A stretch of DNA of 63,833 nt, counting the filler, from Octopus bimaculoides (taxonomy: Eukaryota): NCBI RefSeq assembly GCF_001194135.2. It is 7 parts of 7 records of this genome, joined end to end, with 100 filler letters (N's around TTAATTAATTAA, not from the genome) between each part and the next. Parts side by side here need not be neighbours in the genome. Positions count along the whole stretch, not along the records: positions 8,390 to 28,595 come from NC_068986.1; positions 28,696 to 49,680 come from NC_069000.1; 5 more parts are not named here. The stretch is one strand, 5' to 3'. A model generated the notes under the pieces. It saw only the letters and a program-made list of their open reading frames with translations. It was not told the DNA's origin and made no database searches. Shown here piece by piece: positions 24,921 to 39,087 of this stretch. Both the position numbers and the translations under genes were made by a program. The first letter of the stretch is position 1. Each line of letters opens with the position of its first letter.

Positions 24921-26317
24921 AGTCAGTCTTACGATCAGGGCTGATTTGGAGCGTTAAAAAATTATGAGGGTTCTATTGCAATTTTTTAAACCATTAATAG
25001 AGATTACGGGTCAATTATGAATTTTCGAAACGTCTCGATAGATCAGACATCAGTCAGGCATTTTGTAGAGCTTGTTATAATGAAAGCAAGTTTATATTAA
25101 GATTCAACTGGTAAACAAATTTGAGCTCATTTCAAATATAGTTCCAATAACTGTTCTTATATTTTTCAGGAGACTAGTAACTGTGCAAGACTTGCGCGTG
25201 TAGGATAAGTTCATTTAGACGTTTAATTTTTATAGTTGTTTATAAATGGAATATTAGCATCTGTAGTTTAGTCATTATGATATCCTGGCCGCCTAGCTTT
25301 CTGGAAATATAATATGACATAAAATGTGGTATCTGTAATAAAAGATTACATAGAAGCATGTTTAATATCTATAAGATTACTCAGCGCTTCGTCGTTCCTT
25401 TAGAAATATATGAGAACGGAAAGCGAGAATTTCATTTATTATATTAGATTTCGGTGAATTACATTGTTGCTGTTTTTGTTTTTGCTTCTTGGGATGAAAA
25501 AAATAATAATTTTTTTATTTTGATTTTTACTTTATTTGTATTATCTATTTATTTATGTATTTTTTTTCTTTCCCAAGAAAGATATACTTTTGTTTGAAAG
25601 AAGTGTCAATCTTGTGTTTTGAAATAATGAGATTGTTGTCACAATAGGGTAGAAATGTAATTGAATTAAAGCGATATTATTGAAATAGTATATCCAAAAT
25701 ACTGTGTGATAAAGCGAAATAGTAAGATATTACTAATATAGAGTGACATACAGAAATAGTAATGGCTGAAACAAAGTGACAAATCCTGCTTAAAAAGGAA
25801 TTTTTGAAAAAATAAAAGTTTCTTGATTATGAAACAGATAGACGCCACGATAAAAACCAAACACTAACTTGGTATGATTTGATACCAAGTTATGTTTATT
25901 ACTTCTAGCATTTCAGAAATTCTTTTAAAAATGAACAAAAACCGAGGATAATAACCCATATATGTTATCTGGTGTCTGTTAAAACTCCTAATGTTTTAAA
26001 ACCTCACATTGTTTTGGCCTGATTTTATTTCGCCTTATATTTATATTTTGCTGGTTATGTTATTTAAAATAAGTATTTTTAGAATGCTGAGTTGGAACAA
26101 AAGGATTTAACTGGAGATGTCGACTGGAATATATGGTGCAAAGAATAGCTTGTTATTTTGTTTGAGCCAGCTGTTCTAGATAGGAAGTAAGAATATATTC
26201 CATCTTGAAAATTACCCCGAGACAGATTGAGAAAGAGGAAAGAGAGAAGGAGAGAGGGAGAGAAAGAGAGAAAGAGAGATTGGCTTCTATCATAATATTT
26301 AAATATCCTCATAAAGC

Positions 26318-26466
26318 GTCAAGCTGTCAGATTCGTTTGTACGCCGGACAAAATGCTTAGCGGTATTTCGTCCGTCTTTATGTTCTGAGTTCAAAGCTTG
26401 AGTTCAAATTTTGAGTTCAAATTCTGCCTTTCATCAATTCGGGGTCGATAAAATTAGTACCAGTTG
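26318..26466 (+). mobile_element. SINE family B with triplicated B-box segment
   Basis: Head gccggacaaaatgcttagcggtatttcg; tgagttcaaa occurs three times at a 13-bp period. Confidence 0.8.
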
Positions 26467-26599
26467 ATGTGATAACACTACACTTGTGAATATCAAAGAT
26501 ATTGAGTTGTCAGATAAATTCGTTCGTTTTTCTTTTCTCCTTAGTACCCCCATCGTCATATATCTAAAAAGAGATAAAAATTATGCAAAGTTCAAAAAC

Positions 26600-28300
26600 G
26601 ATAGACAAACGATGTAGAGGAAGAATAGAACTACAAAAAAAAACATAAAACACTACGGTAAAAATAATTTTCAAAAGGATTAGAATGAATTGTGGTGAGG
26701 GGAAGGAAGCAAATCGAACGAATTAATCTGATAACCCAATACATTGGTAAACAGCAGTATTGCATCGTAGTTGAGCTGTTCATTAAAACATGAACGAGAT
26801 GTAAATTATAATAAAGTAAACTTGAACATCTTATCATATAATAAGCGTTTATGTTTAAATGGCAGTACACTGTGTTTCTAAATAGTGTAGGAATGCGAAA
26901 CGCTAAGTAATGCCCTCTAGGCAGGTTGAATAACATTAACTTGTCACTCGACTTGATGTACTTTTCGTATTAGACGCCATCACCACTTATTCAGCAATCT
27001 TGTCACAATCTTTTAACTGTAACAAGCTATGCACTGCTGTATAATCACTTCACTATATGTGTTAGTGATGTAAGCTGTACACATTACAACCTACAGTGAG
27101 TGGTGATAGCACAATTCGTCTGTTAACACGTGTACAAGATTATATAAAAACTTGTAATACATTCTAATGCTTTGTGAAAAGTTAATTTATTTCAAATGGT
27201 AGATAAATTCAAATTTCTGACTTTTAAGGGTGGTGGAAGTTGGGGTTAGTACAAAACCTATTTAACAAGCCTTGAATCTATGCCCTTCACCAGAATAAAT
27301 TTCACAAAGGGTACAAACGCAAATTGCATGTCGTAGCTTTGCAAGCGTAGGCGAAGAGAATTAAATATGATTGAGTGTGAATATGTCTTAAATGTCTCAC
27401 ATTTCTGAAATATTGTCGAAGCGAATGGTTATTTGGCCAAGGCATGAACATCAGTTGATAATTAAGGACTTTAAATCTACTAGAAAAAATTTGTGTAATT
27501 TTTCGAATACGCTAATTCTTCTCCTGTCCAAAGCGTTTTCATAACTTTGTCCTAAACGACCATGCTTATTTTCAGATTTTTAGTTAGCCCTTGTTTCGTA
27601 CATTCTGAGTAATACAAATCTGGGAATGTGTATCATATATGATATATGGACGCCGGGGAAACACTTTTTGTGTATCACATGTGAAGCACAGAACAGCAAA
27701 GAGTTAATTATCGATTGAAAAGAAGAAACGTATTCTAGATCATCCAGGAATACTGGGTAAAATAGAATGGCGTTCGATCCAATATGATATATATGTGTCT
27801 TCCAACATCTTATTACTTTAAACCTTTCACAAATATATGACCCTTATGAACCCATAGAGACTTTGAGTACATTTACACTTCTTATATTTATTTATTCTAC
27901 AATCTCTACAGCAAAATTAACACAATTACCCAAGAAAAGAGGACAAGGCAGAATTATATTAATGTTGACAATATGAAAATGTCGATTGAATGTGTTTCAA
28001 TTCTGAGCAAAAGTTTCCTCTTGAAAAACTTCTATATTGAGAAAGTAGCTTTAATACAAATGCAATTGATAATTCATCTGACTGTGTTTCCCAATCATAA
28101 AGTTACAATACGTCAATTGAGTGAAGACTACAGAGTATTTCACGGTTAGAGTAATAGAGTGATTAAAATCATGAATAACTTAAAATGGCTGTCAATTGAA
28201 TCGTATTACTGACATCAGCTTGCATTTGTGAATATCTGCTTCATATTTCTATACACATCTACGTTTGTCATAGCTATGTATCCATGATATTGAATTGGAT
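26600..28300 (-). pseudogene. Second, very decayed Ty3/Gypsy relic (RNase H end to integrase)
   Basis: LRLRLQSYDMQFAFVP (about 27350-27310) resembles the Gypsy RNase H end RLRLQPYDF. NLPRGHYL (about 26930-26905) resembles integrase GPLPSGHYL. Boundaries are uncertain. Confidence 0.45.
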
Positions 28301-28595
28301 ATAGAAGTTTCATGAGATAAATCAAATTAAGCAGACAGGCGAGAAAGAGAGAGAGAGAAAGAGAAAAAAAAACCTAGCAAACAGAAAATATACAAGCACA
28401 TATACACGACAGTGTGTTATAATTATAGAGAGAAAACGAATACAATGATAGGGGGCGACAGACATGCATGCAAGCAAAAAAACTTGACGGGAGAACGTAA
28501 ATTAGTTATTTATAATCAATACTGATATAGGTTTTAGTAATGAACGCTTCAGAAATATAGAATTACATTTGAAGACTACAAAATTTCACTGATTT

Positions 28596-28695
28596 NNNNN
28601 NNNNNNNNNNNNNNNNNNNNNNNNNNNNNNNNNNNNNNNTTAATTAATTAANNNNNNNNNNNNNNNNNNNNNNNNNNNNNNNNNNNNNNNNNNNN
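28596..28695. other. Artificial scaffold-join spacer
   Basis: 44N-TTAATTAATTAA-44N. Confidence 0.95.
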
Positions 28696-28929
28696 ATATA
28701 TATATATATATATATACAGAGAGAGAGAGAGAGAGATGCAGAAAGTTGCAAAAATGACTCAAGGAATAAGAGTTTCGTGCATAGCACCTATCAAACTGGT
28801 ACGAATATATGTGTAAGTCTATATACATACATGTATATACCTTAATACACACACACATACGTATGTACATATATACAGAGGGCTGGATGAAGACTTATGT
28901 GTATATATATATATGTATACAGGCCGATG

Positions 28930-29005
<76 letters not shown>

Positions 29006-30259
29006 CGCAAACAGATTGGTAGAAAGACAGACAGATAGGTAGGTACGGAGTTTGGTTCGTTGGCTGGTTGGCCAGTTGCTTGGTAGAAAGACAGAGCAAC
29101 TTTAACACAATCCACGTGTTTTTTTTTTGCGTGTGTGTGTTTGTATGTGTGTATACTGTATGTATATATATATATATATATATATCTATATATATATATA
29201 NNNNNNNNNNNNNNNNNNNNNNNNNNNNNNNNNNNNNNNNNNNNNNNNNNNNNNNNNNNNNNNNNNNNNNNNNNNNNNNNNNNNNNNNNNNNNNNNNNNN
29301 NNNNNNNNNNNNNNNNNNNNNNNNNNNNNNNNNNNNNNNNNNNNNNNNNNNNNNNNNNNNNNNNNNNNNNNNNNNNNNNNNNNNNNNNNNNNNNNNNNNN
29401 NNNNNNNNNNNNNNNNNNNNNNNNNNNNNNNNNNNNNNNNNNNNNNNNNNNNNNNNNNNNNNNNNNNNNNNNNNNNNNNNNNNNNNNNNNNNNNNNNNNN
29501 NNNNNNNNNNNNNNNNNNNNNNNNNNNNNNNNNNNNNNNNNNNNNNNNNNNNNNNNNNNNNNNNNNNNNNNNNNNNNNNNNNNNNNNNNNNNNNNNNNNN
29601 NNNNNNNNNNNNNNNNNNNNNNNNNNNNNNNNNNNNNNNNNNNNNNNNNNNNNNNNNNNNNNNNNNNNNNNNNNNNNNNNNNNNNNNNNNNNNNNNNNNN
29701 NNNNNNNNNNNNNNNNNNNNNNNNNNNNNNNNNNNNNNNNNNNNNNNNNNNNNNNNNNNNNNNNNNNNNNNNNNNNNNNNNNNNNNNNNNNNNNNNNNNN
29801 NNNNNNNNNNNNNNNNNNNNNNNNNGGTAGTATATGTGGCGGTGGTGATAGTATAGGTGGTGGTGGTGGTGGTGGTGACGACGATGGCAAAGACAATAAA
29901 GGTTGGGGGTAGGAAGAGGAAATAAATTGCAACGGTGGTGATACTGCTATAGAGAAGACGGTAATGCAGGATTTGAGGCCTATTTGGCTGCTGCTTCTAA
30001 CTGGTCAGGAAACGTGTCAATGCTTTTTTTGTTTTTGTTTTTTGTTTTTTTTTTGCTGTTGTTGTTTGACCACATGATAGTTGTTGACGTTGTTCTTGTT
30101 GTTGTCTAAAAAGACATGTGATCAAAAAACCTCTCCGGCCGTGACCATCCCAGCATGATATACTCCCTTATTGAGTATGATTTGATTTGAGGTCGATTTG
30201 GCTACGGCTTCTAATATTGATATGACAACGACGAAAGTTGCTGATGACGGCATCAATAA

Positions 30260-30313
<54 letters not shown>

Positions 30314-30336
30314 TAGTGGTAGTAGTAGTAGCAGTG

Positions 30337-30373
<37 letters not shown>

Positions 30374-30390
30374 TAGTAGTAGTAGTAGAA
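30260..30390. repeat. (AGT)n triplet microsatellite with GGT variants
   Basis: Direct reading. Confidence 0.95.
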
Positions 30391-30461
30391 GTAGTGATGG
30401 CGGTGGTGGCGGTGGTGTTTGATGTCGTTCAGCCCTTGGTCAACCCGATGATTAAGCATAC

Positions 30462-30620
30462 CTGCGACCCGACTGTCTTAAGGCGTCCCATCCACGACCA
30501 CCAAGTCGTTTGAATGTCGAGAAAAACCATTGTCCGGTCATTCTTCCATTCCGCCTCCAGACAGGTAGAGCTTAATTCGAATAAGAGTCCGGTATTGTTT
30601 CTAGCATGTTGCTGGACCGT
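30462..30620 (-). CDS. Candidate exon ending at a strong donor (...EAEWKNDRTMVFLDIQTTWWSWMGRLKTVGSQ)
   Basis: Donor CAG|gtatgc at 30462/30461, an open frame, and a GC-rich unique island between triplet repeats. The acceptor is not well defined. Confidence 0.2.
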
Positions 30621-30760
30621 TTGGAGGCCGCTCACCACCACCACCACCATCACTATCAACGCACTTCCTACGCTATAATTGTTGTTGTAGTTGGTGTTGT
30701 TGTATTCAGGAAAACCAAAAGACAAAGACGTTGCTTTCGGCACGGTCGTTGTGAAACAGC

Positions 30761-30840
<80 letters not shown>

Positions 30841-30863
30841 TAGTAGTGGTAGTAGTAGTAGTG

Positions 30864-30903
<40 letters not shown>

Positions 30904-30915
30904 TGGTAGTAATTA
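30761..30915. repeat. (TAG)n triplet microsatellite
   Basis: Direct reading. Confidence 0.95.
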
Positions 30916-31356
30916 GTAGTGGTGGTGGTGGTGGCGGTTTTTGTGGTAGGATGATGAGCTGTGGTGGGAGGAGGGGTGACATGCGTGTAAACAAAGCGCT
31001 AGGTGGAAGTTGTGGTAGTAGTGGAGGCGGCGGCGGCGGTGGTGGNNNNNNNNNNNNNNNNNNNNNNNNNNNNNNNNNNNNNNNNNNNNNNNNNNNNNNN
31101 NNNNNNNNNNNNNNNNNNNNNNNNNNNNNNNNNNNNNNNNNNNNNNNNNNNNNNNNNNNNNNNNNNNNNNNNNNNNNNNNNNNNNNNNNNNNNNNNNNNN
31201 NNNNNNNNGATCGTCGTCGTGATGGTGGTCGTGGTGTCGGCGACGGCAGGCAGTGCTTGAAGGTACGTATAGCAATGTGTCTGCGTGTGGGTGCGTGTAT
31301 GTTTCTCTGTGTGTGTGTGTCTGTCTGTGTGTGTATATATATATATATTTGTAAGT

Positions 31357-31398
<42 letters not shown>

Positions 31399-31788
31399 GG
31401 GTGTGTAAATGCGGGATAGACTTTTATAGCTTTATACTACGTTGACATATTAGCAGTCTCAGCTATGCGTTCGTTCCTGCCAGGTAGGTTTTTTCTATAA
31501 TTATATCGATATACATGTATGATGTGTGTATGTGCGTGTGTGTGTGTGAGGCGCACGCTAGGGTATATGCTTGTATTTATGCATGTATGTGTGTGAGAGA
31601 GAGAGAGAGAGACAGAGAGACAGACAGAGAGAGACAGAGAGAGAGAGTGTCTTTATATCTGTATGTATATATGTGTGACAGAGAGAGAGAGTGCCTGTAT
31701 ATCTGCATGTATATGTGTGTGTGTGAGAGAGAGTACCTGTATATATGTATGTATATGTGAGTGTGAGAGAGTGCCTTTATATCTGTAT

Positions 31789-31825
<37 letters not shown>

Positions 31826-32897
31826 CGTATCCATATACCTATATATGTATGTATGTATATAAAATACATTATAAGCAAATATATAATATATATAACATAT
31901 ATACATATGTATATACATATGTAATATATATGAACGTGTACACATGCATGCATACACGCACACACACACACACACACACGCACGCACGCACACATTCTTT
32001 TTACTTTCAAACGCTATTCTAATCACGCCTTCGTTAAACTTAACCCTTTCATTGCAGCTTTTTCTTCTCGTTGCACATTAAGCATATACAAACATACATA
32101 CATATCAATCTATATATATATATATNNNNNNNNNNNNNNNNNNNNNNNNNNNNNNNNNNNNNNNNNNNNNNNNNNNNNNNNNNNNNNNNNNNNNNNNNNN
32201 NNNNNNNNNNNNNNNNNNNNNNNNNNNNNNNNNNNNNNNNNNNNNNNNNNNNNNNNNNNNNNNNNNNNNNNNNNNNNNNNNNNNNNNNNNNNNNNNNNNN
32301 NNNNNNNNNNNNNNNNNNNNNNNNNNNNNNNNNNNNNNNNNNNNNNNNNNNNNNNNNNNNNNNNNNNNNNNNNNNNNNNNNNNNNNNNNNNNNNNNNNNN
32401 NNNNNNNNNNNNNNNNNNNNNNNNNNNNNNNNNNNNNNNNNNNNNNNNNNNNNNNNNNNNNNNNNNNNNNNNNNNNNNNNNNNNNNNNNNNNNNNNNNNN
32501 NNNNNNNNNNNNNNNNNNNNNNNNNNNNNNNNNNNNNNNNNNNNNNNNNNNNNNNNNNNNNNNNNNNNNNNNNNNNNNNNNNNNNNNNNNNNNNNNNNNN
32601 NNNNNNNNNNNNNNNNNNNNNNNNNNNNNNNNNNNNNNNNNNNNNNNNNNNNNNNNNNNNNNNNNNNNNNNNNNNNNNNNNNNNNNNNNNNNNNNNNNNN
32701 NNNNNNNNNNNNNNNNNNNNNNNNNNNNNNNNNNNNNNNNNNNNNNNNNNNNNNNNNNNNNNNNNNNNNNNNNNNNNNNNNNNNNNNNNNNNNNNNNNNN
32801 NNNNNNNNNNNNNNNNNNNNNNNNNNNNNNNNNNNNNNNNNNNNNNNNNNNNNNNNNNNNNNNNNNNNNNNNNNNNNNNNNNNNNNNNNNNNNNNNN

Positions 32898-32972
<75 letters not shown>

Positions 32973-33122
32973 TGAGAGTGAGAGAGTATGTGTGTGTGTT
33001 TGTGTTTGTGTGTGTGTGTGTCAGAGTGTGTGTGTGTGTGTGTGCACTAGTGTTTGGAAATTTGTTTCATCCGTGTGACTTGTACCTGCGCCGGGGCTAC
33101 CGTTGTCTCTGACCACTAATAC

Positions 33123-33254
33123 CTTCCCAGGGGCCATATTTCTGTTGCAACTAGTAACGAGTGCTTGCGTGGGACACAGTTCGAAACTGCCGCCTTCCGA
33201 AATGCTTTCGTCATATGTTATAGGCTTTTTGTTCCAACGGACAGGACGTGTCAG
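33123..33254 (-). CDS. Candidate internal exon (LTRPVRWNKKPITYDESISEGGSFELCPTQALVTSCNRNMAPGK)
   Basis: Acceptor gatatcag|, donor AAG|gtatta, 132 nt, phase 0-0. Only one frame is open; the sequence is unique and GC-rich. Confidence 0.25.
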
Positions 33255-33511
33255 CTGATATCCGAATAACACTGTTAAAGTTTCGATCCCTTCCGAATGC
33301 TATGCATGCCTAGGTATGTATATATGCATGTATATGTGTATGTATATGTTTGTGTGTGCGTGTGATATAAAAGTAGATGATACAATATATATACAATATA
33401 CACACACGTGTGTGTGTGTTTGTATGTATGTATGTATGTATGTACGTATGTATGTATGGATGTTTCTATATATGTACATATTTATATATGTTTACATTAA
33501 ATACAATATAA

Positions 33512-33678
33512 AGGCCGTGCAGTTAGGAACTTCCTTCCCAACCACATGGTTCAGGGTTCAGTCTCACTGTGTGGTACCCCAGGCAAGAGTCGTCCAAAGA
33601 CTTGTGAGCGGATTTAGTAGTCGGAAACTGAAAGAAGCCCGTCGTATAGGTAGGCATATCTGTGTGTGCGTGCGTTTA

Positions 33679-33710
<32 letters not shown>

Positions 33711-33900
33711 TGTCCCCTTTTCACCGCTCGTCAACCGGTGTTAGTGTGTTTATGTCCCCGTAACTTAGTGATTCGGAATAATAGACTGATGGAACGAGTA
33801 CCAGGGTTTAAAGTAATAAGTACTGAGGTCGATTCAGCCGAATAACATTTCTTCAAGGGGATGCCCCAGCATGGCCGCAATCTAATGACTGAAACAAATA
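33512..33900 (+). mobile_element. SINE family A, diverged
   Basis: cccaaccacatggttcagggttcagtc head, TG spacer, ccagcatggccgcaatctaatgactgaaac tail. Confidence 0.85.
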
Positions 33901-34005
33901 TATATATACACACATACATACATACATAAATATAATATATATATATATATTATATTATATTATATTAAGTTATATTATATTATGTTATATATAATATTTT
34001 TAAAT

Positions 34006-34148
34006 ATGGCTATGTGGTAAGAAGTTTGCTTCCCAACCACATGGTTCCTGGTTCAGCCTCTCTGCGAGGCATCTTGGGCAAGTTTCTCCAACTAAGTCTC
34101 AGGCCGACCAAAGTGGATTTGCTAAACGAAGACTGCAAGAAACCCATC

Positions 34149-34153
<5 letters not shown>
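34006..34153 (+). mobile_element. SINE family A, head half
   Basis: tggctatgtggtaagaagtttgcttcccaaccacatggttcc. Confidence 0.85.
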
Positions 34154-34230
<77 letters not shown>

Positions 34231-34464
34231 GTAGACAGACAGACAGACAGACACACGCACACTCACACACAAACGCACAGGTTTCAAGTTTACTTAATAA
34301 GTACCTACCTATATAAAGAGTGCAAAGGAAAGGTGTGAGAGAAGTAAAAATAACTTGTTTTATGTATGTATAAAAAAAAGCTTCAGCCAATACATTTGGC
34401 TGCCATGTTTCACCGTTGGATTGAGTTTATAAACATGGAGCACAGACCCAAATAGGAACCATAC

Positions 34465-34565
34465 CGTTTGACTGATATTTTCAACAAGTCGCGCTACCGC
34501 CTCGTTTAACCCTCGTTGCCTCGATTTAGCTGCTACTTCACAAAGAGCGAGCAACCGTACGGAAC
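34465..34565 (-). CDS. Candidate internal exon (xSVRLLALCEVAAKSRQRGLNEAVARLVENISQT)
   Basis: Acceptor ttttccaacgtaccag|, donor ACG|gtatgg, 101 nt, phase 1-0, open frame. The phase is compatible with 33123-33254. Confidence 0.25.
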
Positions 34566-35099
34566 CTGGTACGTTGGAAAATATTACTGTTTATCTTCTT
34601 CTCGTTGCCGCTATTGTTGTTGTTGCTGTTGTTGTTGTTGTTGTTTAGTCTTAAGTCTTCCCTAATCGTGCAGATCTCTGATCGGATCGAAGTCATTCCG
34701 GCCGTGACAATTCCATCATGTTTCAAGACATATGTTATACTCAGACTTCACCATCTAACGTGTCCTTTTAAAGATACGGTTAGCGTTTCACTTACGGAAA
34801 ATATTGCCTCTATTTCTAACAGGTCCAGCAACTAGGTAATCACTTCCTCTATAACATGTTCAGCGTTTAATGGGAGTATCTCATATGTGTACAGACTACA
34901 GTGATGTGACATCGTTATTTTCAATACAGTTGCTTATCGTCCTATATTTAGATAAACTGTTTCTTTTAATGATCTATCGGATTAGTTGAAGCATGAAAAC
35001 ACAAACCTGTTACGATTTTAATAACATCTCTCAAACAAATACAAATATTTCACTGTTTATATATACCTGTGCTGGAATACCCATTCATATACGTAAATA

Positions 35100-35143
<44 letters not shown>

Positions 35144-35341
35144 CACATATATATACCTACACATATCTATAGAATATATACATGTATGCATATATATGAA
35201 TATACATATGTATATATACTTATATATGTATATATATATATAATTACATACTTACATAATTACATATATAATTACATACTCATATAAATATATATATATA
35301 TAAATATATATGTGTGTGTGAGAGAGATAGATAGATAGATC

Positions 35342-35403
<62 letters not shown>

Positions 35404-36130
35404 ATATGTGTATATCTGAATATATATATGTAAATACATGTATATTTATAGATAGATAGATACATACATACATATATACATACGAACATGAATGCATAGA
35501 ACAGATATATATATACATACACACATACAGACGCACACACAAGTATATGGGCATACATACATACATACATGCATGCATACATACATACATACATGCGTAC
35601 GTAGAAAAATGCAGGAGCGTACACTTGTACGTGTGCACAATCACGTTCACAACCACACGCATTCGCATGTATGCACGCATTAACTAATACTCCCATATTC
35701 ACAAACTTCTGGGGCGGTTTTGACTCAACGCTTCTTGTTTTATGTTTCTAATCAATGTCACCAGTTGTAAGGATGTAATTGCAACATACAGAAGTATGTA
35801 CTACGTGTGACACAGCATGCATTGAAGAGTTATAAAAAAAAGCATTTTAAGTTAGTCTAAATCGTGGAGGGCGATTGTGAATTCGAGGTATCTTCCAAAA
35901 CATTTGCTTTCATTAATAGACAAATAAACATTTGTATCACTTCTTTTTAATCAATTATTCAAGTAATCTTTATCGAGAGAGCGTACGAGATTTTGTTTAG
36001 TCTGCGTCTCTCCATTCAACTGAAAATATTTTCTGCTTAAAATATCGTGTCTGGAGAAACTTTCATTTATTACAAAATGAAGAAATCTCACTTTTTTTTT
36101 TTTTTTTTTGCATCAATGCAAAAACATTAA

Positions 36131-36344
36131 GGCAGCAAGCTTGTGGAATCGTTAGCACACCGGAGAAGATGCTTAGCAGAATTTCTTCAGGTATTTTATC
36201 TTCTGGATTCAAATTCCATCAGGGTCAACAATGCCTTTCATTCTTTCGGGTCGATAAAATAAGTACTAGCTAAACATTGAACTCGGTGTGACCGACTAAA
36301 CCTCTTCCCCAAAATTTCGGGCCTTGTACCAATTGTAGAAAGGG
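36131..36344 (+). mobile_element. SINE family B, diverged
   Basis: gaatcgttagcacaccgg head; tail ccccaaaatttcgggccttgtacc. Confidence 0.8.
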
Positions 36345-37333
36345 TTCATGTAAAAAACATTGATTCCGTTTCAGACCACCACAAAAAAAAAAAAAAAAAA
36401 AAAAAGATTGTTGTTTTAATTTTTCTGTATAGAATATTATAGTTTGCTCGCCAATGATAAATATAGAAACAAAACATTTTCCTATGCAACGTCACATATT
36501 GCATAAAGTTGGCAGACTGGATAAAATCGGTCGTAGAATGGATCTTGTTACATGTCATATTTTAACAATCCTGCAGAAAACTATTCTGTGCATGAACTGT
36601 TTACGGATATCATAAAAGTGTAGATTAATGGTCTTCAAGAGGGTCATCAAGACCTCCAAATGGGAAGGTAAGCAATTCATTTTAATTATAGTCACTGTTT
36701 GTATTATAACAAGAAGATATCAAATTTGGAGAAGTAGTAAGTATCCAAGTATTTTTAAATGTGTGGTCGTCTAAAAAAGGTTGTGTAACACTGGTGTAGA
36801 TAGAATTACAACTACTTTACAGATTAGTCTTTATTGACAATCGTGTTGGGCTAGAGTAAGCCGCTACTACGTTACCTTTCTTCGATATACGTGAACCACC
36901 AGTTTCAAAGGGACTAGCATGCCATATGACCTCTCTGTCGACTAGCTCTTTGCCGTCGGTGATGTTACTATAGAACAAGTCATTTACCCTTGCATACTAC
37001 CTTCATCTTCTGTAGCTTTTACTATATGAGACTGATACTGTAAGTGATTAATAAATGCAGATGATGCCGTTGCTTGTGCTGACTTCGCATGTTATATTTT
37101 AAGACATGTAACCTTATCAACATTCATAAACACCATCTAATTGCGAACTAAAAGCCATAGATAGTTGCATACAATAAGAAATTTGGACTAAGTATGTCAT
37201 GCTTTACATAATGTTTTTCTTTGCGGGGGCATACCAACATTTTACTGCGCAATTAACATAACCATAAATGCTATTTTATAGATCTTTGCAAATTAATTAC
37301 TTCTACTAATTAATAAGATTTAGTAAGTGTGAT

Positions 37334-37487
37334 ATTTATTTCTTTATTGCCCGCAAGGAGCTAAACATAGCGGGAACAAACAAGAACAGAGAAAGGGATT
37401 AAGTCGATTACATCGACCCCAGTGCGTAACTGGTACTTATTTAGTCGACCGCGAAAGAATAAATGGCAAAGTCAACCTCGGCGGAAA
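37334..37487 (-). mobile_element. SINE family B2, 3' half
   Basis: Same tail as 24279-24511. Confidence 0.8.
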
Positions 37488-37901
37488 TGTGATATTGCTT
37501 TAATAATTGTCATCTCATTTGTAAAAGTAATAAGATTTTGTAATGTGATGTAAATTAATGGTTTAGGAATAATCTTATATCATTATTACTTTACACCGCG
37601 CTACTGAAAATGAACCTACCCGCCAACATCCTCTACATGGAGGGTTCCATATTTTCTCATCACATTTTTTGTTGATAGAAATGCAATCTTAGGTGAAGCG
37701 AAAATGTGTTGTCAGACGCTTGCATATCTCTAGGGAATAGATAAGGGCCAACAGAAACGCCGATTCCAGACAGTTTCCACCTGTGCACTATTGACCAAAT
37801 CTCTGGTCTGACAGACAACGCCATCTTAGATATGGGCACACTGGATATTTACTTCGCGGCAACTATTCTGTGTGCTCATCCTAAATATCATTATTATTAT
37901 T

Positions 37902-37957
<56 letters not shown>

Positions 37958-37958
37958 A

Positions 37959-38176
37959 GGTGGCGAGCTGGCAGAATCGTCAGCACGCTGGACGAAATGC
38001 ATAGCGGTATTTCGCCCGTCGCTATGTTCTGAATTTAAATTCCGCCGAGGTCGACTTCGCCTTTCATCCTTTCCAAGTCGATAAAATAAGTACCAGTTGA
38101 ACACTGGGGTCGATGTTATCGACTCATCACCTCCCCCAAAATTGCTGCCCTTGTGGTTAAATATGAAACCATTATT
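37959..38176 (+). mobile_element. SINE family B, near full length
   Basis: ggcgagctggcagaatcgt...gaggtcgacttcgcctttcatcc...taagtaccag; flanked by (TTG)n. Confidence 0.92.
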
Positions 38177-38717
38177 GTTGCTGCTACTGTTGTTGTTGTT
38201 GTTGATCTGACTCAGGTTCGTTGTTATACCTAGTAGAATTTATACCTGTAACCTTAACTAGCCACAAGCTTTCAATAGTCTTTCAAGTGCTTAAAACCTT
38301 CCTGATAATCTTTCCAATTTCTTTCAGCTATTTGTCTATATCTTTACTCACATTATTATTATTATTATTATTAGCTTTTGCTGTTGTCAGACGTGTTTCA
38401 CTTCGCTCTGAGTGTTTGAGGATTTTACCACGAATAATTTAATGAAAAAATTTCTGTTTTGGGAGTATTTGCAAACGAACTACTTCTGGAAGTTTTGGAT
38501 GTCTGCCTTTTAGGTATTTAATTAATTTTAAAACATTTTATATTTACACATTCTTAAAGATGGCTTGCTTCTTCTTTGGAGATATGTGAATAGCCACAAA
38601 CATTGCAGTACCAATCGATCACGGAATTTTTTAAAAGACAAGAAAAAAAAAATTACCAAGCATATTTTCATCGTATTTTGTGCCAACTTCAGATATATTT
38701 CACCTATACTTCCGTGC

Positions 38718-39087
38718 GTGGAGGCGCAATGGTCCAGTGGTTAAGGCAGCGGACTCGCGGTTTCGATTCCCAGACTGGGCATTGTGAGTGTTTATTGAGC
38801 GAAAACACCTAAAGCGCCACGAGGCTCCGGCAGGGGATGGTGACGAACCCTGCTGTGCTCTTTCACCACAACTTTCTCTCACTCTTACTTCTTGTTTCTG
38901 TTGTGCCTGTAATTCAAAGGGTCAGCCTTGTCACACTGTGTCACGCTGAATATCTCCGAGAATTACGTTAAGGGTACACGTGTCTGTGGAGTGTTCAGCC
39001 ACTTGCACGTTAATTTCACGAGCAGGCTGTTCCGTTGATCGGATCGACTGGAACCCTTGACGTCGTAAACGACTGAGTGCCAACAAC
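38718..39087 (+). mobile_element. tRNA-derived SINE family D with 12-bp TSD
   Basis: TSD atacttccgtgc at 38706-38717 and 39088-39099; A and B boxes; (CAA) tail. Confidence 0.93.

Noticed and set aside
30198-31445. Poly-Ser, poly-Val and poly-Thr ORFs
   Set aside because: Triplet microsatellites read in several frames, with no unique coding context.
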